Part shown: positions 54,788-64,000 of the stretch, piece by piece
How the letters are laid out: each line of letters opens with the position of its first letter
Position numbering within the stretch: the first letter of the stretch is position 1
Assembly (NCBI GenBank): GCA_043815665.1
Contig: JBDRIT010000025.1
Coordinates: 67,487-131,486 of the forward strand
DNA length: 64,000 nt
DNA from: Pseudomonadota bacterium
GTDB taxonomy: Bacteria > Myxococcota_A > UBA9042 > CAIXZC01
Direction of reading: 5' to 3'
Made by a program: the position numbers and the translations under genes
Notes under the pieces: model-generated
What the model saw: only the letters and a program-made list of their open reading frames with translations
What the model was told of the DNA's origin: nothing
Database searches by the model: none

Positions 54788-56524
54788 CTATAGCTTGAGA
54801 CCGGTGAATGGGACGGTCACCGCCCCGTTGTCTGCACCGCCGAGGATCCACGTCCCCGTGAACGCGCCCATCAGCGCATCGGCTTCCAGATCCTTGTCGT
54901 CATCGCTCAGCGCCGCGGCGCCGGAGACCACGAGCGCCTGCTCGGCGCCGACGATGGCGGCGAGGGCCAGGTAGTCACCCAGGGCGGCGTAGACCGCATC
55001 GTCACAGTCTTCGACGAGCTCGCTCATGGGGCGGTTGATGCAGGTCAGGGTGGACTGCTTCACGCCGGCGAGCATGGCCGCGCAGTCGAAGTGTCCGGTG
55101 AAGAGCTCCACCATGGAGGTCGCGCCGTCCGCGACGTCCGGGAGGACGACGTTCACGAAGGCGAAGAGCAGGAGCCGGCCCGGGTTGACGTGGAGCTCGA
55201 ACTCATGGAGGAGGAGCTCGTTTGCGGAGGTCACCTCGCAGACGATGTCGCTGTCACCAGCCTTGAGCCATGCCTCACCGGTCTCGAACGCATCCTCCAG
55301 GAACAGGGCATCGCCGAGCTCCAGGGACTTGATGTCCAGGGTGGCGACGCAGGCTCCACCGAACGCGCCGCCCTCGATGGCCAGGGAGGCGCCGAAGATC
55401 GGGTCCGTGAGCAGATCCTGCAGGGGCGCGGCGACGTCCTCGAGACCGACGGCCCAGGCCGGGGGGAGATGCGCCGCCGCCCACACGTCCACGGACTCGT
55501 TGATCTCGACGCTCACGTCATCGCATTGCTCCGGCAGGACGCCATCGTCCATCCAGACGAGGATCCCGTCCAGCACCGTGGTCTTCACGTCCCCGGGGAC
55601 CGTGTCCAGGCCCGCCTCGAGGGCAGCGGACCACCCCGGTGCGTGGCCCGTGGTCAAGACCCCGAAGTCCGGCGCCATGGTCAGCTCGTAGCTCCCCGTC
55701 GGGCTGATCTGCAGGGGACCGAGGGTGACCGCCGCGACGGTCTCCTTCCCGGCGAAGACGCTGATCCCCTCAGTGCATCCGGCGCCCACCGGGGAATCTC
55801 CGTCGTCATAGCCGACCACCATGATGGTGGTCCCCGGGCCCGCCACCGCGTCCTCGATGAGGAGCTGGTTCTCCTCCGCACCCAGGGTGTAGAGAGCCAT
55901 GTCCGGGGACGGGGAGACCGGCTCCGCGGCGGCGCAGAGGAGGCCCGACTGGGAGACATAGACCCCGAAGTGGTCGATCTTCTCCGGGTCGGTCACGTCC
56001 CCGCCCACCGTGAGGGTGAGGAGGATCGTGCCCGTGGCGTGGGCCCGGACATCGAGGACCACGTCGATCCCCGGCGCGCAGGGGGTGTCGATGCGCAGGT
56101 CATAGAGGACCGGCGCCTGGGCGCCCGTGGAGAGGTCCACCGCGGCCACGCCGAAGCCGTCGGTCTCCGCGGCCGCCTGGAGGATCTGCCCGTCGCCGTC
56201 GCCGGTGAGGGCGAAGGTCACGACCTCGCCCTCGGGGGTGTCCCCGGTGACGGGGTCGTAGATCCGAGCTTGGAGCACGTACTCCCGGTCCACCTCCAGC
56301 ACCAGGGGGGAGGCGCCGTTGAACAACTCCAGAATGAGCTCGGCACCACAGTGACCGCCCGGTTCGAGGTCCTCGAGATCCGCCGAGATCGTCACGTCGG
56401 GGGTGGTCGTCTCACCCTGGGCGACATCCTCGGTGCCATGAGTCCCACCGCCGCCGCCCGTGCAACCGACCACCAAAATCACAGCGATGATGCCAACCCA
56501 TCCGGCTCGCTGCTGCTGCACCAT
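54788..56524 (-). CDS. large hypothetical lipoprotein
   Basis: MVQQQRAGWVGIIAVILVVGC lipobox. 578 aa. Acidic, beta-rich. Confidence 0.6.
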   Translation of the reverse strand: MVQQQRAGWVGIIAVILVVGCTGGGGGTHGTEDVAQGETTTPDVTISADLEDLEPGGHCGAELILELFNGASPLVLEVDREYVLQARIYDPVTGDTPEGEVVTFALTGDGDGQILQAAAETDGFGVAAVDLSTGAQAPVLYDLRIDTPCAPGIDVVLDVRAHATGTILLTLTVGGDVTDPEKIDHFGVYVSQSGLLCAAAEPVSPSPDMALYTLGAEENQLLIEDAVAGPGTTIMVVGYDDGDSPVGAGCTEGISVFAGKETVAAVTLGPLQISPTGSYELTMAPDFGVLTTGHAPGWSAALEAGLDTVPGDVKTTVLDGILVWMDDGVLPEQCDDVSVEINESVDVWAAAHLPPAWAVGLEDVAAPLQDLLTDPIFGASLAIEGGAFGGACVATLDIKSLELGDALFLEDAFETGEAWLKAGDSDIVCEVTSANELLLHEFELHVNPGRLLLFAFVNVVLPDVADGATSMVELFTGHFDCAAMLAGVKQSTLTCINRPMSELVEDCDDAVYAALGDYLALAAIVGAEQALVVSGAAALSDDDKDLEADALMGAFTGTWILGGADNGAVTVPFTGLKL

Positions 56525-56666
56525 CTCGATCCCTCCTTGAAACAAGGCTTGGATACCATACACGAACTCCACCTTCCAATCGTTCATTTTCTCCATGCAT
56601 TTCAGGAAAATATGTGCTAACTTCCCGCTTCCGCGAGGGAGAGGCCCATTGAATTCGGAGACGCCG

Positions 56667-57041
56667 ATGGTACGGATCGCGTATGTTGCCCAGCACAGGC
56701 GGGGGCTCAGGGAGCTGCTCGAGCAGCTCGCCGAGACCGGCTACATGGTCTACCGAATCGATCCCACGGTGCTGGCCTACAAGAAACTCCGAGACAACCC
56801 GCCGGACATCATCATCGCCGACGCCACCCTCAGGGAGGGGCACGTCAAGGAGGTGGTGGAGTCCGTGAGCAGCTCCCGCATCACCAAGGAGATCCCCATC
56901 TGTGTCGTGGGCTGCCGCTTGGAGGTCCTCGACCGGATGCGGAAGGCCGCCCCCAACGCGAAGGTCGTCCTCTCCGGCGAAGTGACCCGAAAGATGCTCG
57001 TGGAGATCGTGAAGCAGCTCGCGACGGTCCTGCAGCACTAA
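56667..57041 (+). CDS. single-domain receiver-like (CheY-fold) protein with degenerate acidic pocket
   Basis: Flavodoxin-like alpha/beta pattern with DIIIAD at the phospho-acceptor position. No N-terminal DD pair (IAYVAQHRR). Confidence 0.55.
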   Translation: MVRIAYVAQHRRGLRELLEQLAETGYMVYRIDPTVLAYKKLRDNPPDIIIADATLREGHVKEVVESVSSSRITKEIPICVVGCRLEVLDRMRKAAPNAKVVLSGEVTRKMLVEIVKQLATVLQH

Positions 57042-57044
57042 GGG

Positions 57045-57218
57045 CCTGCGGCGAAATAAGTGGATCGCACCGAGAGCGCCGAAGCGCCCTGGCCGGAAGG
57101 CGCGGAGGTGCACGCCGACCGCAGGCGTACTTGAGGTACGTCGAGGGAGGTGGGGGCCCCGCAACGCACCGGGCGGGGCGGCAGCGGGGCTCGAATGCAC
57201 CACTTGTTTCGCCGCAGG
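57045..57218. repeat. inverted-repeat-bounded intergenic element (19-22-bp terminal IR cctgcggcgaaataagtgg / ccacttgtttcgccgcagg); candidate structured ncRNA or MITE-like element
   Basis: Arms at 57045-57063 and 57200-57218 with one G.U position. ~174 nt. Followed by the ggtcc-taa-ggacc hairpin at 57217-57229. Sits between convergent genes. Confidence 0.35.
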
Positions 57219-57309
57219 TCCTAAGGACCCGTTCCGAAACAACCTGCTCGTTCGGCTTCCGCTGCATCCCGCCCTGCTGCGTTGCTCTCCCTGCGACGCT
57301 GATCCGACA

Positions 57310-60265
57310 TCAGTCCCCGACGAGGATCACCACGTCGTCCAGGTAGATCGTCCCGAAGGCCTGGTTGGTCAACTCGAACCTGAAGGTATGCGCGCCCGCG
57401 CCCATCGTCGTGACCTCGGCGGACAGGTGGTGCCAGGTGTTGTCGCCGCAGACGGAGCTGGAGGGGACCGCCAGGAGGGTCCCGCCGTCACCCTTGACGT
57501 TCAGGTTCCAGTTCGGCGTGATGCCGGCCGGACAGAGGAGCATGAAGGAGATGTAGGACTCCGTGCCGCTCGGGAGGACCGCGCTGAACTCCATCCAGCC
57601 ATCCAACTTGTACTTGTTGTACCGGAAGGAGTGGGTCGGGGAGTTGGCGAACTCCGGTGTCCCGGAGGCGTCATAGACGAGCCAACCGGGGTTGAACGCC
57701 GGCCACGAGTCGGAGTAGCTGAACTTTGCGGAGGTGACGCCCGCCGCCTCGTCGTCGAAGTTGGCCTGGAACAAAGGCGTCATGGAGAGGCACAGGGTGT
57801 TCCCGTCGCCGGGGTCCGCACAGATCTCCAGCGCGCCGCACTCCGATGAGGTCTGGCAGCAGGTGTCGCAGATGCACTGGTGGAGCTCCTCGTTGCAGGT
57901 CTCGCTGCTCAGACAGGTCCCGCAGGTGCCACCGCAGCCGTCGGCGCCGCACTCGTAGCCGCCGCCATCGCCGTCATCGCAGACGGGCACGCAGCAGCTG
58001 CCGTCGATGCAGGGCAGTCCTCCGCAATCGTCCTCCGTGGTGCAGCACCCGGGGATCGGGTCGAAGAGACAGGCGGACCCGTCCTCGGTGCAGGTGTTCA
58101 GGGTGCACTCATCGCCGTCGTCGCAGGGGAGCGCGGGCGCAGGGGCGTGGGCGCAGCCGTCCACGGGCTCGCAGGAGTCGACGGTGCAGGGCTCCCCGTC
58201 GTCGCAATCGATGGGCGCGCCGCCGGTGCACTCGCCCGCGGCGCAGGTCTCCCCGGTGGTGCAGACGTCCACGTCGTCGCAGGTCCCGCCGTCATTGATC
58301 CCCGTGGGCACGCAGTCCCCGGTCCCCGGATCACAGGCCAGCTCGTAGCAGGTCCCGCCGGGGCCGCACTCCACCGCGGAGTCGGGATCGTTCGCGCAGG
58401 TGTACGGGAAGGAGGCGATGTCGCATTTCGGGGTGCCGTTGCAGAGATCCCCGTCGTCCGTGCAGTCCCCGGCCACGAGACACTCGCAGAGAAACACCCC
58501 GTGCTGGCACGCCCCCGCCGCGTCGCATTGGGCGTTCGGGTAGCAGGCGCCCGCCTCACCTGCGGAGGCGTCGGGGTAGGAGCACGCGGTCCCCAGCAGG
58601 GCAGGGCCGTGGATGCAGGCTCCGGTGAGCGGGTTGCAGGAGTCGACGGTGCAGTCGTTCTGATCGTCGCAGTCCACGGTGAGCACCCCTGCGCAGCCGC
58701 CGGACGCGGTGCAGGCGTCCACGTCGGTGCAGGCGTCCCCGTCGTCACAGGTCTCTCCGGTGAGGGCCACGTTGGCGCAGGCCCCGGTGAGCGCGGTGCA
58801 GGAGTCCGCGGTGCAGGCATTCAAGTCGTTGCAGTCCTTGGCCCCACCTGCACAGCCCCCCACCCCGTCACAGACGTCGACCTCGGTGCAGGGATCGCTG
58901 TCGTCGCAGGGCTCCCCGTCGAGCGCGGCGGCGTCGTGCTCGCATTCGCCGGAGATCGGATCGCAGGAGTCCGCGGTGCAGCCGTTGCCGTCGCCGCACT
59001 CCGTCTTGTCGCCCGGGACGCACGCGACGCCCACACAGATGGCGCTCCCCGTGCACGCGTCCCCGTCATCGCAGCCTCCGCCGGGGTTGGCCGCCTGCTG
59101 CTCACAGACGCCGGTCCCTGCCTGGCACTGCCAGGTGGAGCACTGGGTGTCGGCCGGGCACTCCACGGGCGCGCCCGCATCCACGCACATCCCCTCCTGG
59201 CAGACCCTTCCTCCGTCGCAGAGGTCGACGTCCAGGCAGTCCGCGTCCGCCGCACATTCGCCGACGCACTGAGCGGCCTCGGCGTCGCAGAGGAACTTCC
59301 CCTCGAATCCTTCGATGCACTCCTGGGACTCGGTGAACAGGCCCTCGTTGCACTGGCGGTAGGTGGTCGCGCCGGTGCAGAGGATCCCTTCGTCCACCAC
59401 ATGGGTGGCGAGGTCCTCGATGAGGATCACGCAGCCCCCTGCGGTCTCCGCGCAGACGGCCTGGGCGCCGCCGTAGGTCCAGGCGCAGGTCCCGCTCGCG
59501 CACATGGAGCCCATGAAGCAGGCCTCCCCCGCGGCGCAGATCGCCTCGTCGATCTCGCCGTCGCAGTCGTCGTCCAGGCTGTTGCACAGCTCGTCAACCG
59601 GAGTGCAAGAGGAGCCGCTGCCGCCACCGAGGCCGCCGACGAAGAGGGAGAAGTGGGTCGTGGGGATGCTCACGGTGCCCTTCACGAGGTTCACCGAGGC
59701 CGGGAGCTTCGTCCAGTCCTCCTCGAGGCTCAGGGGCTGCCGGAAGCCGCCCAGCTGATCCCAGGTCACGTCCTCGGGCAGCTCCGTGGGGAGGTCGTCG
59801 AGGAGCGGCAGGATGAGGAGCACCGGCTTGTTGAACACCGCGCCCTCGTTCGCGACGTCGATGCGCCACACCGCGGTGAGCGCCACGACGCCTTCCGGCG
59901 GCGCAGCGCCGCCCTGCACGCCGATGAAGACGTTGATCTCCACCGGAAACGCGTCGGGGGGGACGACCAGCGTCACGCCGCCGTCGAAGAGGAACGTGCC
60001 CCCCGCGGGGCCGATGTCCCACGCCTCCTTCGAGACACCGGTGATGTCCTCCGGCGGGGCGGTGTCTTCCCCGTCCGCATCTCCAGTGACGTCCAGGTCC
60101 TCGTCGGTGGTGTCCGGCGGGGTGGTCAGGTCCTCCTCAGCGGTGTCCGGTGCGATGAGGATCTTCTTCTCGGCCGTGACCACACAGGACTGCGCAGCCA
60201 GGGCCACCAGGGCCAGGAACAGGGCGATCCGGCTCATCCCATGGAACGCTGTTGTCGCTCTCATT
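57310..60265 (-). CDS. large secreted Cys-rich protein with Dictyostelium-type CTDC repeats (CxDGDxCTxDxC), one CGADGCGGTCGTC unit and a C-terminal lectin/LamG-like domain
   Basis: Signal peptide MRATTAFHGMSRIALFLALVALAAQSC with GGAGAG RBS. More than 12 CDDGDACT...C repeats. Confidence 0.8.
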
Positions 60266-60287
60266 CGTCTCTCCACAGTCGCAGGGT

Positions 60288-63236
60288 TCAGAACCGCAGG
60301 GTACCCGTCAGGCCCATGGGACCCTCCGCCCCGATGAGGGGCGCGACGTCCCAGGGACGCTGCTCGGCCGCGGTGGTCCCGGTCCGGGTCAGGATGAGCC
60401 AGAGGCCCACGCCGATGCCCACCGCGCCGAGACCGTAGCCCGAGTAGGCGATGATCATCTTCATCTGCGCGTCACGAACCAGCCCGTCGAATCGGCTCTC
60501 GTAGTTGGTGATGAACGGATCCAGGCCGTCCGCCTTCCGTCCGTCCTCCATGGCCAGGTGATTCACGACGCCGCCCGCCACGGCCACGGCCCCGCCCATG
60601 GCCAGGGTGAACCAGGGCCAGAAGGGTTTCTTGGTGGGGATGAAGGTCTTGCCCACCTGCCCACCGCTGCCGCTCGGCTCGATGGCCGCGACCCCCCCGG
60701 GGTCATCGATGGGCGGGACATCCGCGATCAGGGGGTTCATCTTCAGCATGTTCGCGAGGCCCACGGGATCCGGCCCCACGGTGTTCAGGGAGACGGGCCC
60801 GGAGAGGTCCTCCACGCTCGCGGTGAGGCCGCGCTCACCGATGGTGACCACGGCGCTCGGCACCACGCCGGCGGCGCCGGAGGTCACCGGCGCGCCGTCC
60901 ACCTCGACGAGGAACTTCTTCACCGCCGAGAGGAACATCTGCGGCTTGCTGATGTGGGGGAAGTGCCTCGCACCGGGGATCGTGGCGATCATGTAGTTCC
61001 CGCGGATGCGTCCGATGCGCCGGAAGGACTCCAGGCTCGCAGGGGGGACGGGGTCGCTCTCACCGACCACCAGGAGGACCGGGGCGCGCACCTGGGTGAA
61101 GGCGGCCTCCAGGGCCGAGTCCCCCTCCGGGATGTAGGCCTCACGGACGAACCAGCTCAGGCCGTAGTAGCTCCCCACAAGACTCGCGACGCCCTGGCCG
61201 CTCACCAGCGCGCCCAGCTCCGCCCGGTGACGATACCGGTGATAAGCCCTGGGGTTCATCCTGCCCCGGAGACCGTCGAGCTGATCCAGCTCCTGGCGCC
61301 ACCGCGCCGGGATCCCGTCCTCGATCCGTCGCACGGTCTCCCGCAACAGGCTCGGCTCGGGATAGACCGGCGCGATGAGGACCAGCTTGGACACCGCGTC
61401 GGGGTGCTTCGCTGCGTACCACACCGCGGCGTAGGCGGCCACGGAGTGCGAGATCAGCACAACCTTGCCCGACGTGAAGGCGCTCCGCACCAGCTCGATC
61501 CGTTCTGCGTGCCGGGCCATGCACTGATCCACCTCGGGGCGGGCATCCTCCACGAGGGCATCACAGCCCGGGAAGTCCATGAGCACGAGCCTGTAGTCAC
61601 CGGCCAGGGGCCGGAGCGCCTCGAGGAACCAGGGATCTTCCAGGGAATCGCCGGAGCGGAGCAGGAGGAGGGTCCCACGATCCGGGGTCCCGCCCACGAG
61701 GACCTCGATGGTCTCGTTCCCCGCACGGATCTCCTTGCGGTCCACCGCCAGGGGGGTGCCGTTCTTGCCCAGGCGCTCGGACTGGATGGCCTTCACGTCC
61801 CGACTCCAGTCCTCCAGGCTCCGCGCCCCGTCCAGGTAGGACAGGTTCGCCAGCACCCGCTCGGCGAGGCTCGCGATCTCCGGCTTCCGATGGGCGAGCT
61901 GATCGGCGATGGCACCCACGTGCCCTGCCCGGCCCATCCACAGGAGGGCCTTCAGGATCTCTTGACGGATGGGCCACTTCTCGTACTGGAGCATTCGGAC
62001 CATGCTCGAAACGGCGCTGGTCTCGCCGAGGTAGAAGAGCGCCTGGATCGCCGCGATGCGGATGTTCAGCTCCGAGTCCTCCTCGGCGCGGGACAGGAGG
62101 AGCGGGACGGTCATCGGCAGCCCGCTCCGGGCGATCATCTCCATGGCGGCGAGGCGCACGTTTGCGTCCTTGTCCTTGATCCCGAACTCCAGGATCCGGA
62201 TCGCGGCCTCGTCGCGGTAGAGGCCGGCGATGCGCACCACGTTGGAGCGCACCAGGGGGTCCCCCTTCTGGTAGGTCTGCGCCAGGATCGGGAGGATCGC
62301 CGGGTCGCGATAGAACGACAGGAACTGGGTGGCCAGATCCCGCATCTTGCTGTGGCGGGCCGTGAGCAGGGAGACCACCTCGGGGGCGGCCTCGGGCCCG
62401 ATCTGCATCATCGCCTCCATGGCAGCCGGAGCGCGGTTCTCGTCGCCCTGCTTGAGCACCATGAGGAGGGAGGGCACCGAGCGCTCGCCGAGTCCCACCA
62501 GGGCAGCGGACGCGGACTTCCTCTGATCCTGGCGGGAGAGGGCCTGGATCAGGGTCGGGATGACCCGGTCCGCGGCTTCCGGAGCTGAGGCGCCCACGAT
62601 CCCGAGGGTGCGGATCAGGACCTGGCGGAGCAGGAGGTTGGAGCGGGTCGGGCTCATGGCCTCCGCGCGAAAGAGGTCCATGAGGGTTGGCACGCTGTCC
62701 TTTCCCAGGTCCCGGGCGATGATCTCGCCGGCGGTGTTGCGCACCTCCTCGGAGGGATCGTTCAGGAGCTCGAAGAGCTTCTTCGGCAGGCCCTTGCCCG
62801 AGGCCCCGCTGTCCTTGATCCACTGGATCGCAGCCCAGCGGACCTTCGGGTTCGCAGACTCCAGGGCCCCGAACATCACCGGAAACACCTGGTCCGCCGC
62901 CTCGATGGTTGCGATCTGCCGTACCGCCTCGAACTCCACCCTGCGGTCCGCGAGGGCCACCTTCAAGGGCTTGATCCCCGCCGCGCCGAACCGCGGCAGG
63001 AGGGCGACGATCTCACGTCGCAGCAGGTCGCTCGACCCGGACTCCTTCAGCGCCTGGGTCAGATACGGCAGCGCGACCTCTCCTTTCTCGATGAGGTCGC
63101 GGGCCGCCGCCTCCCGGGTCACCGGATCTTCGAGCCGGGTCACCAGGGTCTGCAGCTCCTCTTTTTCGCCAGCCCGGGCCCCGGCCAGGGCCGGGATCAC
63201 CAGGAGCAGAGCCAGGATCATCATCCGTCTTCTCAT
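60288..63236 (-). CDS. HEAT/PBS-lyase-like repeat protein fused to alpha/beta-hydrolase domain and C-terminal TM helices
   Basis: Signal peptide MRRRMMILALLLVIPALAGARA. ~450 aa of HEAT-like repeats. Hydrolase core ...VLISHSVAAY...GESDPV...HFPH. Two C-terminal hydrophobic helices. 11 nt upstream of the Dicty-repeat gene. Confidence 0.75.
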   Translation of the reverse strand: MRRRMMILALLLVIPALAGARAGEKEELQTLVTRLEDPVTREAAARDLIEKGEVALPYLTQALKESGSSDLLRREIVALLPRFGAAGIKPLKVALADRRVEFEAVRQIATIEAADQVFPVMFGALESANPKVRWAAIQWIKDSGASGKGLPKKLFELLNDPSEEVRNTAGEIIARDLGKDSVPTLMDLFRAEAMSPTRSNLLLRQVLIRTLGIVGASAPEAADRVIPTLIQALSRQDQRKSASAALVGLGERSVPSLLMVLKQGDENRAPAAMEAMMQIGPEAAPEVVSLLTARHSKMRDLATQFLSFYRDPAILPILAQTYQKGDPLVRSNVVRIAGLYRDEAAIRILEFGIKDKDANVRLAAMEMIARSGLPMTVPLLLSRAEEDSELNIRIAAIQALFYLGETSAVSSMVRMLQYEKWPIRQEILKALLWMGRAGHVGAIADQLAHRKPEIASLAERVLANLSYLDGARSLEDWSRDVKAIQSERLGKNGTPLAVDRKEIRAGNETIEVLVGGTPDRGTLLLLRSGDSLEDPWFLEALRPLAGDYRLVLMDFPGCDALVEDARPEVDQCMARHAERIELVRSAFTSGKVVLISHSVAAYAAVWYAAKHPDAVSKLVLIAPVYPEPSLLRETVRRIEDGIPARWRQELDQLDGLRGRMNPRAYHRYRHRAELGALVSGQGVASLVGSYYGLSWFVREAYIPEGDSALEAAFTQVRAPVLLVVGESDPVPPASLESFRRIGRIRGNYMIATIPGARHFPHISKPQMFLSAVKKFLVEVDGAPVTSGAAGVVPSAVVTIGERGLTASVEDLSGPVSLNTVGPDPVGLANMLKMNPLIADVPPIDDPGGVAAIEPSGSGGQVGKTFIPTKKPFWPWFTLAMGGAVAVAGGVVNHLAMEDGRKADGLDPFITNYESRFDGLVRDAQMKMIIAYSGYGLGAVGIGVGLWLILTRTGTTAAEQRPWDVAPLIGAEGPMGLTGTLRF

Positions 63237-63384
63237 GAGCGGTCCGTCCCCCTGCCGTCCTCGAAGGCAAATCGGTCGCACGCGAGCGCACCCGCATGTG
63301 TCCGCACGCTGTTCATTGTAGCGGATCTCGCTGACTTCCAAAATAGCGGACTGGGGGATGGGCGCAGAAGCGGCGTTCCGGGGG

Positions 63385-64000
63385 TCAGTTCCCCGGGTTC
63401 ACGCCGTTGCCGATGACGATCTTGTAGGAATTGCAGGTGACCGGAGCCCCAGGGTGCCGATAGACCCTGACGAAGTACCACGAGGTCTGATCGGCGCACT
63501 CGTGTTCGCCGATGGTGTCGGTGGCACCGTAAGGGGCGCACGGGCACTCCCCGCCGCCGTTCGGGTAGCCCTGCTGCTTGTCGTCGTGGAAGTCCACGTA
63601 GTCGTCGAACTCCGTCGAACCCACACAGATGTTGTCCGCGCCAGCGCAGGAAGACCGGAACACGTCGAAGAGGAACTCCACCTGCGAGGGGTCCGGACCC
63701 CACTGGGGGTTGTCCTCGAACCAGGCGGTCACGTGGAAGGTGTCGCAGGCCTGGGGATCCGTGCCATCGAGGGCCTGGAACTTGTACCAGTCCGAGTCCC
63801 CCGCGGGGACGAGCTTCGCCGTGGTGATCACGGTGGCGCCGGAGTCGGGGAGGTTGCCGAGGTGGGTCGCTGTGTCGCATTGCTGGGCCACGACCTCGCC
63901 CTCCTCGAGCTGGCACTCGCAGCCGTTGACGTAGTTCTGGTCGATGTCGAAGAAGCTGGCGTCGCACTCCGAGATGACGCAGCCGCCGGCGCAGATCACG
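63385..64000 (-). CDS. Cys-rich secreted protein with PPC-like (pre-peptidase C-terminal, DWYKF) domain, 5' end beyond window
   Basis: ORF runs off the window end. MopE-like C/D motifs and DWYKFQALDG. Confidence 0.55.
   Translation of the reverse strand, partial: VICAGGCVISECDASFFDIDQNYVNGCECQLEEGEVVAQQCDTATHLGNLPDSGATVITTAKLVPAGDSDWYKFQALDGTDPQACDTFHVTAWFEDNPQWGPDPSQVEFLFDVFRSSCAGADNICVGSTEFDDYVDFHDDKQQGYPNGGGECPCAPYGATDTIGEHECADQTSWYFVRVYRHPGAPVTCNSYKIVIGNGVNPGN

Noticed and set aside
53976-57229. Assigning the IR-bounded elements to a specific RNA family (SRP RNA, RNase P, tmRNA)
   Set aside because: Sizes (~175 nt) and the absence of the conserved SRP domain IV (GGAAGCAGCCA), RNase P P4 or tmRNA tag-ORF motifs argue against those families. 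The 6S-like call is made only on size and closing-stem architecture and remains unverified.
1-64000. CRISPR arrays, tRNA/rRNA genes, transposases, integrases, phage genes
   Set aside because: I saw no short regularly spaced direct repeats, no tRNA-like cloverleaf-sized conserved segments in intergenic regions, and no ORFs with DDE, tyrosine-recombinase or phage structural signatures. The window looks like core chromosome apart from the small IR-bounded elements.

Overview
This is a high-GC (~68-70%) chromosomal segment that looks like Myxococcota. The evidence for that placement is a MYXO-CTERM-like C-terminal sorting tail, Myxococcus-type Cys-rich repeats, MopE-like 'putative metal-binding' motifs and PEGA-like motifs. 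I call about 50 protein genes, tightly packed, many with ATGA/GTGA start-stop overlaps.

Housekeeping genes I recognise with confidence are thiolase, transketolase, glutamine-dependent NAD+ synthetase, NAD kinase, the 23S rRNA m5U methyltransferase RlmD, HU, an ECF sigma factor, a HAD-IIA phosphatase, a gamma-carbonic-anhydrase-like protein, a family-5 substrate-binding protein, a Mla-like ABC ATPase plus MCE protein, an Omp85 (BamA/TamA) plus TamB pair, a LemA-family protein, an EEP-family hydrolase, and an amidohydrolase. Most of the rest are secreted or lipoprotein Cys-rich repeat proteins, including a C-type lectin lipoprotein and Dictyostelium-type CTDC repeat proteins.

I found no rRNA, tRNA, CRISPR array, transposase or integrase.

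The most notable feature is a 486-codon reading frame at 14822-16282. It is an exported protein (signal peptide; the lipobox is not canonical) with a Cys-rich N-terminus followed by two thioredoxin-fold (TlpA-like) domains. Each domain's CxxC position is occupied by an in-frame TGA (UxxC), and each TGA is followed about 10 nt downstream by a hairpin. I predict this is a double-selenocysteine redoxin. It is co-transcribed with a TPR/beta-barrel outer-membrane-like protein and a small lipoprotein.

Other observations:
- Three intergenic elements of about 125-175 nt, each bounded by long terminal inverted repeats. These may be structured ncRNAs (possibly 6S-like) or MITE-like elements.
- A small secreted protein built from 9-residue AFPDLKV-type tandem repeats.
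- A TamB protein carrying a C-terminal OmpA-like peptidoglycan-binding domain.
- A lipoprotein with a poly-Lys tract encoded by an in-frame DNA microsatellite.
- An AT-rich 5' end on a transglutaminase-like gene.
- Two near-consensus sigma70-type promoters.
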